Both the position numbers and the translations under genes were made by a program. DNA of 64,000 nucleotides from Haliotis rufescens. Taxonomy: Eukaryota. Each line of letters opens with the position of its first letter. Positions within the stretch are counted from its first letter, which is position 1. Shown here in pieces: positions 39,253 to 53,129 of this stretch. The notes beneath the pieces were generated by a model. That model ran no database searches, was not told where the DNA came from, and saw only the letters and a list, made by a program, of their open reading frames with translations. The stretch is taken from contig NW_025963824.1 in assembly GCF_023055435.1 (NCBI RefSeq), positions 25,110,001 through 25,174,000 on the forward strand. Reading direction: 5' to 3'.

Positions 39253-39482
39253 TGAGGTGTGGTGAAATGGGGTTTAACGTAGCTTTCAAGATTGTTGCAC
39301 TTATATAGCGACGTGCGTGCGTGCATGCATGCGTGCGTGTGGCTGCTTGTACTAGTCCGGACTGATACCGATTTATAGTGCTAGCCAACTGAGATACCAT
39401 GACGCAGCTTTAACATGACTACCCCACTCAGACACAGTATACTGACTCCGAGCCGACCAGTCCTTGTTTTAGCCCCTTAATG
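39253..39482 (-). mobile_element. SINE family B, 5'-truncated
   Basis: Close match to the 3' two-thirds of the family. Confidence 0.85.
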
Positions 39483-39628
39483 GGCTCCATGCCCTGCTCG
39501 TGGCTTTCACCATAATAGAAAATGTCTAAGACCTGATTCACTATGGGTGTCCTCACACAAAAGCTGACACTCCGTGATATAACTGAAATAAAGTCCAAAG
39601 CGGCGTTAAACTCAACTCACTCACTCAC
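39483..39628 (+). mobile_element. SINE family D, 3' half
   Basis: ccatgccctgctcgtgg...gcggcgttaaactcaactcactc. Confidence 0.75.
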
Positions 39629-40069
39629 CCGGTCCTCGTCCTCCGTTTGTTGCAATTTCTCACGCGTTGAATTAGTTGTGGAAATGAAGTCATTAGCAGT
39701 TGCCCTACTTCGCGTAATACGACCTGTTAGACACAGCGAGCTCGTGGTTTGTATTTTATTTAATAACTGTTTTAATTTCCTTTGATATATGATACTGTTA
39801 CGTCGCTGAAGAAGGTTCATTTATAAAAAATGTCTGAATATGATATATGGCAGATTGAAAGATATAGGCATTCGTATATGATTAATATTATAATGAAAAC
39901 ATACAAGTGCAGTTATCGTATTACAATGCCATTGATGTGGTTTAGTTAGGGAATTTGCAAAATAGTTTTATAAATTGTCCGCTTTTCTAGGTCAGTTACC
40001 GTAATTAACAGGTTGGTCGTAATTAGGTATAATACCGTACACTACCTGCTCTACTGTTGTTGAGGATAA

Positions 40070-40210
40070 ACTGGGTTCAACGTCGCGTTCAAGATTATTT
40101 TACTTAAACAGCGGCGTGTTTGTTTGTGTGTATGTGTGTCTGCGTGTACGAGTCCGCACTAATGTAGTTTTATAGTGTTGGCCCACTGAGATATCATGCC
40201 GCAGTTTAAT
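40070..40210 (-). mobile_element. SINE family B fragment
   Basis: aacgtcgcgttcaagattatt...cccactgagatatcatgccgcagtttaa. Confidence 0.7.
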
Positions 40211-40829
40211 AATTATGTATATACTGCCAATATAGTTCCAACTGAAATCTGTTATACAGAAGCGAAGCAACATTTACGCAAAACAACAATTGTTTTTACT
40301 TGCCTTTCGCGGCAATCCATCGGTCTGTCCGCTAGAGTAACTAACTGCCCTTTATCAAAGGGAAGCTACTCTAACCCTAGTCTATGGGACGTCACGGCCA
40401 CGTTCAGACGTTGTTGACAGTCGGTCTGTCCTGTCATAACGTTAAGAAGTGCAGTTAGATGTACACGCAGCGACAAAACAAAGTAACAATTCAAACATAT
40501 TTCGGCCAAATCCAAATTTTTTCATTTGTGTAAAAGGTTTCAAGCCTCAGAAGTCTACAAGCACAGATATGGCTACTGATCCCGCTTGGCTAGGCCTAGA
40601 GCCCTCGCAAAGTTGTTTCCAAATTTATATCTCCAAAGTTGCCAAAACTTATAAAATGCCTTAGCTACGTCACCGTAAGACACTGATTTTAAGTATATTA
40701 GACTGTTCTTTTGATAATTTTTATAATTTATCGCTAAATACAATGTTTATTCCGAATGCAGGATATTTACCATCCCCAAACACTCGCGTGATAACCCCTC
40801 TCTCTCTCTCTCTCTCTCGCTCTCTCGCA

Positions 40830-40870
<41 letters not shown>

Positions 40871-40953
40871 TAAATTAAATATATCACGCAAACAATACAG
40901 AGCTCGGCTTGATCTGGTTAATGGTAAATACTAAACATTTAGGGAATAATAAT

Positions 40954-41123
40954 GAGTGAGGGTGAGTGAGTATGGTTTTACGCCGCTTTTAGCAATATTC
41001 CAGCAATATCACAGCGGGGGACACCAGAAATGAACTTCACACATTGTACCCATATCGGGAATCGAACCCGGGTCTTCGGCGTGACGAGCGAGCGCTTTAA
41101 CCACTAGGCTACCCGACCGCCCC
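40954..41123 (-). mobile_element. SINE family A
   Basis: Full-length reverse-complement match to the 18118 copy. Confidence 0.9.
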
Positions 41124-41639
41124 TATGGATAATAATAATAATATGATGATGATGATGATGACCTCAATGATCTTCACAATAATACAGTTACAGTATTATA
41201 TGTGCAGTGCAGCGTTGACTTACCGGAGGACTACATGCATATTCCACGGTCTGGTGATCATTGCAAGTTTACTTCCAGACGTTGTGACCAGTACCATGTG
41301 TGGAAATGAGACCATGTGTCTTTTATGAGGATACTATGTTTCTGCTGGATTTATGTCCATAATAAACTGCGAGTTAGTAGACAAACTGGGGTTTTATCAA
41401 ACTTCCCATGACTGCTGATTGGCTGGTGACGATATGGACTTCATCATACGTTAACCGTTATAAACTTGAAAACTGTTCCTACGTTAAACCCCCAAGGCAA
41501 TGTATGCCCAGTTTAGTGACTTTGTTGATCTTTATCTGAATTATGACGGCGTTTGACGTTGATCCTTCACTGGATTGTCTTGTCCAGATTCAATTTAACT
41601 GCCGGGTCAAAGACACTTTACACCAAGGATTGATGGTGG

Positions 41640-41830
41640 CTAGAGAGAAAACGAACAAAAAATGTTTTTTCGATGGTGATGCATTTGATACGGGTATCGC
41701 AGTTGTGTTGTGGACCGTAAGTTTACAGTGTATCGGAGACTGTTTGCCAACCTGGTGACGTTTTGATAACGTTTGTAATTTTTTTGTCAAATTTAAATTT
41801 TCAAGTGTATACTTTCATTTGCCAGGCAAT
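41640..41830. mobile_element. Fragment of an unclassified dispersed repeat, also seen in reverse at ~33880-33975, ~45010-45080 and ~56705-56920
   Basis: Shared blocks ACCAGGCTGAAAACAGTCGCCGA, ACAAACGTTATCAAAACG and AAATACATCACC. Confidence 0.6.
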
Positions 41831-41953
41831 TTAATTACAGGCCGACGTCATATGGCTGGTTTTGGTGTTGGATGCGACGTTAAACAACAAACAATTCCTC
41901 TGTGAAAGCCAACATGGCACTTTTCTCTGATACACGCCGTACTCTGCTGATCC

Positions 41954-42140
41954 TAGACTTGCTTGCGTCTCCAAGGCAATATTCAGAAGTTAAAATCATA
42001 ATTACTAGAATATGTAAATAATAAGAACACGTGGTCCCTATAAGAGACTAGAGTCCACTCATCTAGACTTGCCTATTAGGAGGATAGAATTACTACACAT
42101 CTATGGACTTATCTTTCAGTACAGCCTTGGAGCAAGGCTA
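41954..42140 (-). mobile_element. AcademH-like non-autonomous element, copy 3
   Basis: Same termini and body; decayed 9-bp TSD TGCTGATCC / TGCAGACCC. Confidence 0.75.
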
Positions 42141-43679
42141 TGCAGACCCCAGTCTTCCCGTGTCTGTTCCAGTATCTAACACACCTGGGTATTTAAGTAC
42201 ATATCCAGATACCTGAGGGGGTACTTATGTCGGCATGTTAAGCTCTTGAATGACTACACAGCCACTTTCCCCATGAAGTCCAGGGAGAGATTAGCGTGTT
42301 GGTATTCGTTCTTGAGGGCTGTGTTGCATCACGATGTGCTTCAAGCGGAATGCGGTCTGGGCCTTATGGTGATTAGTTTGGAACGCCGGTTAAAGGTTCC
42401 GCCGTGTTAATGTGTCCAGCTGAACTCCCCGGGGAGAGTTGTGTTGGTTTGGTGTTTCTTCGATACTAATTGTTGAGATCGAGAACAGAGATTTGACGTG
42501 AGCTGTGGATGGAGGCATGACTTGCTCTCTGGTTATGTTAAGCAGTAACAGCTGGACTCCCTGAGGAGAGGAGTATTGGTTTGGTAATTTTTCGAATGAC
42601 TCCCTGAGGAGGTTGAAAGTTGATCAGCGTGCTTACAAGGAATGGTGACAGTGAAAGAATGCTGTTTAACGCCGCAGTCAGGATTGTGCCGCTGTAACAC
42701 GGCGTCCTATAAATAACCGAATCTGGACCTGACAAACCAGTGGTCGATATTATGAGTCACGGCCCACGTTACCTAACATGTGCAGCCGATACACGTTAGT
42801 CCTACCTCACAAGCATATGTTACTGGGGAGAAACTATCACCTTGCCTCAACCCCCTCCAACCTCACTTTACCCAATCTCACCTCACATCACCCCCCACCC
42901 AACCTCAACTCACCCCTATCCAATCTCAACTCACCCCTATCCGATCTCAACTCACCCCACCTCACCGCACCAAATCCTCAACGCACCCCACCTCACCCAA
43001 TCTCACCTCACCGTTGCGCCGTACTCATCCGCTGTCCGAGCGTGTAACGAGGTTCCCTGTTAAAATACACCAGATATAACGCTGTGAAAAAACAGACATT
43101 AATTAACCATGACGCGTCCGGAAAATATAATAAACAAACCATCTAGCATGCGTTTTTGTTATCTAAAGCACAGGTGCCAATTCTTCAGTGTCGACATCTG
43201 GTTTGCGTGTCTGTGTGGTACAGCGCGTAGATTTCATGCTATGAACACGAGAAATCTGTTCTGAAGGGAGATTTTCCTAACCAACCATTGCAGACAAAAA
43301 GCCTGTGACTGTGACTGTGACTGTGACTGTCATTCAAAAAGCTGAAATGACCAAGTTGATTATCAATCCTATTTATCATGTTGAGGGGAACAGATGCGGT
43401 ATGAGAACTCCATCATTCCGATTCGTCGTCTACGAGTAGGAATGTAGGGAAAAGTTGGAGCGTGGGATCTAAGGGGAAGTAACTCGAAATCCCTTTGTTC
43501 CCGAAAATATTTAAATAAATCATTTCCCCACAGATTTTACCAAAAAGAAATATTTTTTGCTGAACAAGATGGATTATAAAAAAACCGATTTGAACTGAAT
43601 AAAAAATAAATATCTTGAAGCAATGGACAAAAAAAATTCCGTCTGAGAAAAAATTAGTCCCAGCTACCACGTATCAACC

Positions 43680-43790
43680 CCTCATCGATGCTCAAGATAT
43701 CAATCACTGAGTTGTCTGGTCTAGACTCGATTATTTATATACCGCCACCATACAGCTGGAAGTGTGCTGAGTGCGGCGTTATAAAGAACA
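43680..43790 (+). mobile_element. Family C, 3' fragment
   Basis: atcgatgctca...gagtgcggcgtta. Confidence 0.7.
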
Positions 43791-43814
43791 CACAATCATA
43801 AACCGACGGGCAGT

Positions 43815-44800
43815 TAAGAATTTACTTTCACTTTGTGTGAGTTCATTGGAGTGTAATGTTTGACCCTCACTCTATGAAGGTTCATACTCCAACGAACTCA
43901 CACAAAGTAAAAGTAAATTCTTATAATTTTTATATCACTATTTTTAACTTAGAAAGATGTAGACCTTGATCTATACACAATTATGTTTAGTACGTGTGAC
44001 TTCATGTTTACACTGACGGCCATACAACAACCATCTGTACCACGAAATAAAATAGTTCTTCAAAACGAGAGGTGACATGAGCGTATGCATGCTCAACATG
44101 CTCTACATGAACAACTTGTGTAGTTTCTTTACAACAAATGGATTCAAATAATATCCTCATTAGGTGAGAAAGGTCTGTTATGAACTACCTCAGTAAGTCG
44201 GTCACAATGACAGCGCGTCGTAACACATTTACTTTATGCACAAGGCGTCAAAATGGTCGCCACGAAAACGTGACGGGGAAGAGTTCCGCAATTTTTAATG
44301 AACCTGTGGCTATTTCAAGTGTTTGTTATGACTGATTAATTAGCCGAACATTGAAAGGTGATTGTAAAGATGTGTCAAATAGAAAATAAGGTAAATTCCT
44401 AGATTGCAATGGACTTTCACTGTGTGGTAGTCGAGACGCGGATCGATACTACGATAGTTTGCATGGGCTTTTCTTCGTCTCGTTCTCTGGGATTGGCTGT
44501 AGCGAGGATGCCCTCAAACTCTCTGACTTACCCCAATGTAAGCTTAAACGTTAATGTTAAGATTAAAGGGTCTAAATAATGAGAAACAACGCTTCTGTAT
44601 ATATTCCTATATTGATGAATTCCCAGGAGTTTCCCCATGAGTGTGGAAGTAGTCCGTCAGTGTTTACGTCATTTCAAGAATTCAAGAATACGGTCTCGTG
44701 AAAAACGTATGAACGCCAAAATGTGTCGTTCATACTCTTATGAACTTCAGTTTAGCGGTCACGTGACCGACCTCTCGTCCAATGGATTATACACTTTAAA
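43815..44800. mobile_element. Probable non-autonomous DNA element with a terminal fold-back (Crypton-like architecture)
   Basis: ~38-bp inverted arms at 43815-43923; the motif GTTCATACTC...GAACT recurs near 44729, followed by GGTCACGTGACC...CCAAT. Family assignment is tentative. Confidence 0.45.
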
Positions 44801-44818
44801 ATTGGATTGAACCAAGTA

Positions 44819-44977
44819 CAGTAAACTACGTTTATAACGAACACGCTTATAACGAACTGACGGATATAACGAACTGTCTTTTTGGCCCCGGCCATTTGCT
44901 GTATATGCTAAAAACGAACTACGGTTATAACCAACTAAAATTAGTAGTCCCTTTAGGTTTGTTATAACCGTAGTTAC
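44819..44977. mobile_element. pogo/Tigger-type MITE
   Basis: TA|CAGTAAACTACGTTTATAAC...GTTATAACCGTAGTT inverted ends; internal TATAACGAA repeats. Confidence 0.65.
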
Positions 44978-45569
44978 AACACGATGTTTTTTACAAACAT
45001 AATCACAAATTACCAGGCTGAAAACAGTCGCCGAAACACTGCAAATCTAAGGAATGATAACTGAATCAAATACATCACCGAATGGCCATCTCTTGTTTGG
45101 TTAATTTGTAGTCACCATGAAACATGGGTGTATACTTTCTTTTGCTCTGCAGTTTATATTTCAGTGAACATCGTCCATCAAATCTGTAAGTGGCGGTGAT
45201 TTCACGGTATTGAACTCGGCAGTTATTTTAAAGAGCACGTAGACGCAGAACCAAGAAACGTCTCTGTGAGACCCGGATGTGATGTCGAGCGTGACGTTTC
45301 CACTGAACTGCTGTCAACATTGGTATTATTTTGTGCGTCTAATTTCCCGACGGTCATAAATTACTGTGAAGACTAAACATGTTTTATATCTTCAAATTCG
45401 CCCGCCTGAACATGTCATTCCGCTCCAATAAGATAATTATGCTTCAGAGTGTTCTAAAAAAGAAGAAAATGCCTGCCACATAAATTCAGGCTCACAGTTT
45501 AATACATAAAAATATCTCGTTTTGTAGCTGTAGCTGGAATTTCTATATACAGTTTCTTTACAATCAAAA

Positions 45570-45836
45570 TGGCCTCCGTGGTCTAGTGGTAGAGCCTACG
45601 CCCGGAGAGCGCAAAGTTCGGGGTTCTATCTTCGGCCGCGTCATACCAGAAGACGTTAAAATATGGTACTTGTTGTCACCCTGTCTGGCGCTCGGCATTG
45701 AGGGGCTAAAACAAGGACTGGTCGGCTCGGAGTCAGTAACTGTGTCTGAGTGGGGTATTCATGTTACACTGTGGCATGGTATCTCAAGGGGCTAGCACTA
45801 TAAATCGGCATCAGTCGGGAATAGTACAAGCAGCTA

Positions 45837-45885
<49 letters not shown>

Positions 45886-45934
45886 ATGCACGTCGCTATA
45901 TAAGTCCAACAATCTCATTGCATCTCACCTCACT
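45570..45934 (+). mobile_element. SINE family B, near full length
   Basis: Head, central domain, (CA)n and CACCTCAC tail. Confidence 0.9.
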
Positions 45935-48236
45935 TACAGTCAAACCTCGCTTATCCATACACCTGCTGTTTCTCAAATATTGTCCGGATAAACGAGTTTC
46001 TGGATATCTAATCCCCTGACCAGAGTTAACTCCCCTACCCGCAGTCTGCCGAGGCATACATAACTCTAATATATTACGCATAATATCTTTATTCAATACA
46101 TTGTATATCCCAAATCAGTAGATGAAAAAGGATAAATTGCATGTACATGTAGGTGTTGCATGGACAGCCAAAACACGCAACTTACAAGTTCATTCATGTT
46201 CACCTCCAGAAGTGTTTTGCTATGGCTGCCGTTCTGCACAGTTGGCATGGTGCCAAGGGCGCCCTGGAATCTGTGTTTGTTGCGCAGCTGCCAGGTCATG
46301 TCAACATGCATTAGCAGGTTGTGGTAATTAACCAACTCTATTGCCCCTGGGGACAATTAACCCTTCGAGGATAACGCTGGTAGTGATTGTACGTGTTGCT
46401 GGTACGGGAAGGACCATTTTAGGTTCTCTGTGTTTTGGTTGATGTGTGTGTGTGTGTGTGCGTGTGTGTGTTACTGTGCATGTGTGTGTGATGTCAGTGT
46501 GTATGCAAAGGCGGATCTAGAGGGCCTCCCCCTCCCCCCCCCCCCTCCCCCCCCCCCCCCCCCCCCCCCCTTTTTTTGAAAACCAAATGTAGTATTTGTA
46601 GGTAGTAAAATTATTTAGAGAGAGGATGTGTTGGGGAGGGGAGAGAGAGAGAGGGGGGGGGGGGGGGGGGGGGGGGTGCCTCTGCCAATAGCTTCGTTGT
46701 TTCTGTCCTGTACTCTCGCCATTGGGCCCTTTCCGTATACTGGAAGAATATGTCGGGGGAGGATTGAAGCAATTTAACACATACAATCGCACAATTTTTA
46801 CTGTTTCTATTTTATATGGTTAATTCGCGAAATTTAAATATTTTCAAATATTCTGATGTGAGTCATCTTGCCAGTAGTGTGAGCTGGCCTGCGACATCCA
46901 GCCTGGTATATATGTTGTATAGATCTCTCTGTCGTAAAGAATTTCAAAGCAGATATGTCGCTTGTGATACGGCATGTTTAGAATTGTTGGAAGAACAGTG
47001 TTCAGTGTCAGATTGAAGAAGAAGAAGATGTATTGTACATAAACACCCACGTGGTGCAGGGTACAAAACATGAACATGACTAATTTAAAACATTGACATA
47101 CACAACAGAATACAAATATTTATATCATTATATTGTTAGAGGAGATGCAGATTTTCTTTGCCTGAACATTTTGTGAATGAAATCGGCGATAATTTTTGCA
47201 AAGACTCTGATGGATTTTATGGTATTTGTAGTGATATTGGGAGCATAGCTTAGGCGGGTGGTGAGTTTAGTTCCTGTCTCAGGTTGATGTGGGAGGGAAG
47301 CAGGTCTCAGAAGTTTACCACTTTGTTGAAACCCACGAGCACGGACATGGTGCTGACAAACTGAGAAACATAATAAAATAATAAGGGGAATATAAGATTC
47401 ATACCAATGCTCTTCAAAGGATTCTGGCATGCCTAAGACAGGCAGTAGGGCCTAAAGTGTTCCGCTTAAACATAATCAAAAGCAAAATTTACACGTGTTT
47501 GATTCCCTCACGAAATTAGGATACTCATCACAAGATGTGTATTTGTATTGCTATGGACGCCAACAAAGATTTATCAAAAGAACACCCCATTTGACTGTTT
47601 ATTAACATATTCCATGAGATGAATTCTTTTAACGTTCAACAATCATACAGCGACCATATTACGAAAATGCAAATTCATACAAAATGTACCATTTAAATTT
47701 TTTTAGAACTACGTGTGAAAAGGACATTTTCACTGATCAAAACGAATAGTCACAGTCAGTTAATATCATTACGAACATAAATTTAAGCATTTATTTCAAA
47801 AACGCTGTAAAGCAATTTATCCGTTGCAGTTTGCCCCGTGCTTTATAATACAGGGTCATACTCAAAATAGCATGCTAAGTGTCTGTCTGCCATGTGTTAT
47901 CGTCTCTACACTCAACACAGACAGTTAAGGTGGGCCAACCAGCAACGTTTATGAATCCCAGCCGACTGGGAGCGTCAGCATACCACGGACATAAGCTGTG
48001 TGCACGTCTCTTGTATGGTGTTAATGCATGGAGCATACACTTCTAGACACGTATCTAGTCTCTTAAATGAAAATAGTTTACTGACAAACAATTGTTAAAT
48101 CTTCTTAATAAAATATTATAAAAGGGAGCCCAGGGACTCTATTCATTTTCAGGCGGCGGTAATATGGTCTGGCCAACTAATTAAAGACTTACATGGGGTA
48201 TGTTGGATATATTCAGGGTCTGTCCGACAGACTGCT

Positions 48237-48525
48237 TGGTCTTCAGCAACCCATGTCGTAAGAGGCGACTGTGCTTGTCATAAGAGGCGACTATGCTTGT
48301 CGTAAGAGGCGACTATGCTTGTCACAAGAGGCGACTATGCTTGTCGTAAAAGGCGACTATGCTTGTCGTAAGAGGCGACTATGCTTGTCGTAAGAGGCGA
48401 CTAACGGGATCGGATGGACAGGCTCAATTGACTTGGTAGAGGCATGTCATTGTATCCCAACTGCGTAGATCAATGTTCATTATGTCAATCACTGGATTGT
48501 CTGGTTCAGACTCGAAATATACAGA
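48237..48525 (+). mobile_element. Family C with an amplified 22-bp unit
   Basis: About 7 tandem ATGCTTGTCGTAAGAGGCGACT units at 48253-48402. Confidence 0.85.
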
Positions 48526-48675
48526 TTCCCGTGTCTACTGGTAATAACGTCGCGCTTTAAGCTTGCATTAGTGTGTGGATTTGGCGCATTATGCATAATA
48601 TGCATTATATATATTTTATATATGTATATGTTCGCGTAAGCAGCAGGGCATCGCATCGTGACAGCCGGACGGCCG

Positions 48676-48850
48676 TGAGTGAGTGAGTGAGTGAGTAAGT
48701 GAGTATGGTTTTACGCCGCCTTTAGCAATATTCCGGCAATATCACGGCGGCGGAAATTGGCTTCACACATTGTACCCATGTCGGGAATCGAACCCGGGTC
48801 TTCGGCGTGACGAGCGAGCGCTTTAACCACTAGGCTACCCGAAGGACCCT
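48676..48850 (-). mobile_element. SINE family A
   Basis: Reverse-complement match with (GAGT)n tail. Confidence 0.9.
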
Positions 48851-49209
48851 ATAAAAAAATATAACTCAAGAGCACCGACATGATTCCAAAAAATAGATCC
48901 TAACCTAGGATCGCAGAAAACCTAAGTGACGCAACTCTGTATATCGAGAGACCACGAGGCTAGCCCAATACCCTCTCATGTGGTTCCCGAGACATTAACA
49001 CATGGTTGAAACAATGCCTTAGAAGAATGTTTTGCAACTACATGTTTTAAGGAAGCGTCATGAACCTCCTTCAAGATACACACAGCATCTGAAGCAAGAT
49101 GTAAACATGCGCCAGCATCACCCTACAATATCCTCCGCATCTGTACACGACCAGTCGATGCCCGAGACAAGTGTCAGCCATTTGTATATGCAGATAATGG
49201 GTTGGATAC

Positions 49210-49406
49210 TAGCCTTGTTCCAAGGCTGTAGTGAATGACTAGTCCATGGGTGTATAGTAATTCTATCCTTATAATAAGCAATCTAGATAAGCGGATAGTA
49301 CAAGAACGCCAGTCTCTTATAGGGGCAACTTGTTCTTATTATTTATATAATCTAGAAATTGGATTTAAAACTAATATTTTTTTACTTAGGGGCTTGTGCA
49401 AGTCTA
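49210..49406 (+). mobile_element. AcademH-like non-autonomous element, copy 4
   Basis: Same termini and body; 10-bp TSD GGTTGGATAC / GGTTAGATAC with one mismatch. Confidence 0.78.
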
Positions 49407-49434
49407 GGTTAGATACACATGTGCCCTATATTCA

Positions 49435-49697
49435 GAGGTGAGATGAAATGAGTCTTCATCGCCGCTTTCAAGATCATTGCACTATAGCGAGATACCTTCC
49501 CGTAGGGCTTAACATGGAACCCGACTCAGACACAGTATACTGACTCCGAGCCGACCAGTGTTTTAACTTCTTAATACCGACCGCCAGGCAGGGTAACAAT
49601 AAGTATCATATCTTCACGTCTTTAGGTATTACCTGGAATCGAACTACCGACCTTCCGCTCCCCGGACAGACGCTCTATCCACTAGACCAAGGAGGCC
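49435..49697 (-). mobile_element. SINE family B, diverged
   Basis: Reverse-complement match with deletions. Confidence 0.8.
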
Positions 49698-52600
49698 TCG
49701 GTGTATCAAGGACATAACGATCACGGTATTCTATGGTTCTGCTTAAATGATATTTTCTTCTATCTTACATACGTCTGATCTTCGTGCTTTTTTAGGACTT
49801 AATGAGGTGAACTTTGTACGTGTTATGTCCGATATCAGCATTTATATGAGCTCGTAAACCATGCATGTCAGTGGTGTCCAACTGTGTAGAGTTGTGCCCC
49901 TCAGCCGTGTCAGGATCCGCTGAGCGTAGGTTCAAATCCGTTATTCGCAACCACTATAATGCTGCACAACAGGAGATATTGTGGGTCTCACCGAAGTGAT
50001 AATCGTTTAAGACATGCTCGAGTTTGTGCTTTCAAAATACAACAGAAATACTGTTCAAGGTGGTGTAAAGTATGACTCATTAAGATTTTTCAAAAGGGAA
50101 CCGTCAGTACCCGTGCAGCCCGCTAACTATTATCAAACTACGCCTTGTTTACAGGCGTGGGGATACAGAAGAACTACATTCTGAAATCCTGGAAAAGATT
50201 CTTTTCCAAAGCATGCACATAAAACGTCAACGGCAGAGAATAATCAGCCTCCGTTATCTGCCGAAAGAGACTCGAATTCCATTCGGGCGTAAAAGGCGAA
50301 ATAGCGGCGAAAATTGTATGAATGGGTCACTAAAAACCAGTAATGGCGCCAGGTCATCGCGAAAATAGAATATTCATTGTCTTGTTTAACACTTTAACGA
50401 TCACAGAGCAAACTATTCATTGCATGACATCATCCGATCTAAATTTAAACACCAAGTCAGTGCATACTTCATTCGTGACCAACTCGTGTTATTCCGTGAC
50501 AAGCCGAATAGCGACTCGTGCCCCTCACATGGCCATTTTTGCGACCGGGTTCCGTCTGAGCGCAAACGGGTATACCTAAAACAATTGTCAACTCGTTGTG
50601 TAATAGTTCACATATATCTCCCCATATATTATATATATTTCAGATGCAATGTAAAGCACATCTGGACATTCGGAATTATACAGAATGATTGAACACATTA
50701 AACTGTGTCTTGGGTATATTTTTAGATGCAAGACATATGTAAAATCAAAAAATATTTCTGAGGGATTCTTTGATGAACAATTTGAAATCATACGCGCATT
50801 CTGATTGGATTGTCGTATTTTCGCACATAACATGCATCGATAGGGGGACGAGTCTTCTTGCAGGTTACGGAAAGGGGCGAGTGGTGACGAATGTGCATAC
50901 TTTTGAAAGGAACTCTCCACCCAAAAAAGAAATAGGGTAGGGATGCTATCAGAGCTGTTTAACATGCTGAACGCATTCTTATCCACTTCGCGTTATCTGG
51001 AATCGTTAAGTGTTTATTACCGGGCGATGAAATGTTAATTACGTTATATGTACTTGATCACGAGTCTGATACTGAGCAGATAGGTCAACATACCCAGTGA
51101 TCGTTACAAGTAAAATTGTGTTTTTCTTAGACCAGCAGCTGAAAAGCAGGGATTTTCCAATGTGTCGCTCCTGAAATATGTCAGAAAATTGTGCAAACTA
51201 GACACATTTTACACAGAGCGTGCGTGGAGCAAATATGTTTGCTTACTTGCACTTGTTATTATGTGGTTATAATTTACAGAGCAATGTTTGTATCTTGAAC
51301 GGTTGTTCCGCTTGGGGTACTGCAGCCATGTAACTGTTCGCGTAAGGAGCATTCATAATACCTCGGATAAGATAGCGCTTGGGTCGTACCATGGTTCGTG
51401 GAGATGTACGTGTGTTGGATGAAGTTGCAGAAGTACATATCTTGTGTTAAATGTTATGTTTCCACCGTGGATGGTCGTAATCAAGGACGTTGTATGAGAT
51501 GTTACTGACGGCGTCTTCAGTGTGGATGGATGGATCCCTCTTGGATTAACCGATGTGATGTGGTTGTTCACCCGTAGGAGTGTTTGTACAAATTTATAGT
51601 ACTATCTTTTTAGTGAACGTTTTGTGAGGAATGTGAATCTTTGCGTCTACGATGATGGTGATGATGATGGTGGTGGTGGTTGTGGTGGTGGCGGTGATGA
51701 TGACGATTGNNNNNNNNNNNNNNNNNNNNNNNNNNNNNNNNNNNNNNNNNNNNNNNNNNNNNNNNNNNNNNNNNNNNNNNNNNNNNNNNNNNNNNNNNNN
51801 NNNNNNNNNNNNNNNNNNNNNNNNNNNNNNNNNNNNNNNNNNNCTTGATTAGCTGCCTGTTCATTGTTCACCTCATGGAATGTATACTAGTACTAGAATG
51901 TACACTGTATGACTAGTACGTATTAATAGTACTAAGTGAGGAATAAGAATCTTTACATCATACGATGATGATGAAGTGATATGTTATTTGTTGAATCCGG
52001 ACCCCGATTGTTTGCCATCCATACCCCGAGGACGTGGGGCGTTGTTCATAATATCAATCACTGGATTGTCTGGTCACCCTTCGTCTCCTACCACAACAAA
52101 CTATTTGTATCGGTGCAAACCAGGTCATCGCGACAGTGTTTCGGGACACGCCGAAGTGAGATAAGAGATAACCGCCAGTAGAGGGGGAACCAAAACTGTT
52201 ATCCACCACAACACCCGTCGGGTGCTACTGGCAGGGCAGGAAATACTTACCCTTTTCGAGAACACCTGGTGTCATCACTGATTTCATTGATCCATTCATA
52301 CACTTTGCACCGCTTTTTTGCCTGTTACACCCAATGGAATCTGTTCCGGCGGATAATCGAGGTTATTTTCTGGCATTGCCGTTTCATATTTTAGTTGATC
52401 ACATAGTATTTCCATAAGCAAGTTTAAACTTACATCCTACATCCTACAAATATAAATATTAATAAGGCTGAAAGATCTACAATCAGATGTAACTCTAATA
52501 TTCTCCCCAGTTGACGAATTTGATGGAAAATATTCTTCCTCTCAACCCAACCGGTCTCGCCGATAATTAATAGTTAAGGCGTTATCAGTGAAGAACAGCG

Positions 52601-52904
52601 TCAGCTATACCTCAGGGATGAAATAGATGTTTAAAGTCGACCCGACCCTGCTACTCCCACAACAAAACGGTTTATCTTTACTTTAAAACAACAAAAGTCT
52701 TGCTTGGAGAGCAAGTTCATTAGAAACGCCGAAATCAGCAACTGAAAAAAATCCTCTCAACATTTCTGGCACTGTTGTGCTAATTGGAAGGAATAGTTGG
52801 CTGTCTGTGGTGCCAGTCTGAGAGTAAGTACTTGGGGTTAAGGGAGGAATGAGGGTCGGGGGAGGGCAGTTTACCTGGCTATGCTCACCCTGAGCTATAG
52901 ACTG

Positions 52905-53029
52905 AAATGGTTCCGGATATGTTGGTAGTTAAGGGACTGGAAATATTGCCAGACTTGTTCCACTTGTACGAAAATGGTTCCTGATATGTTGGTAGTTAAG
53001 GAACTGAAATATTGCCAGACTTGTTCCAC
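52905..53029. repeat. ~67-bp direct duplication
   Basis: AAATGGTTCC.GATATGTTGGTAGTTAAGG...TTGCCAGACTTGTTCCAC occurs twice. Confidence 0.85.
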
Positions 53030-53129
53030 AGGTGGTACGTCATATGGTTGTTCAGGATGAAGTCAAAAGGATGAGGCATTTTTCACAAGGATGACCAGTG
53101 TGTACAAAGTCATGTAACCAAATACTGGT

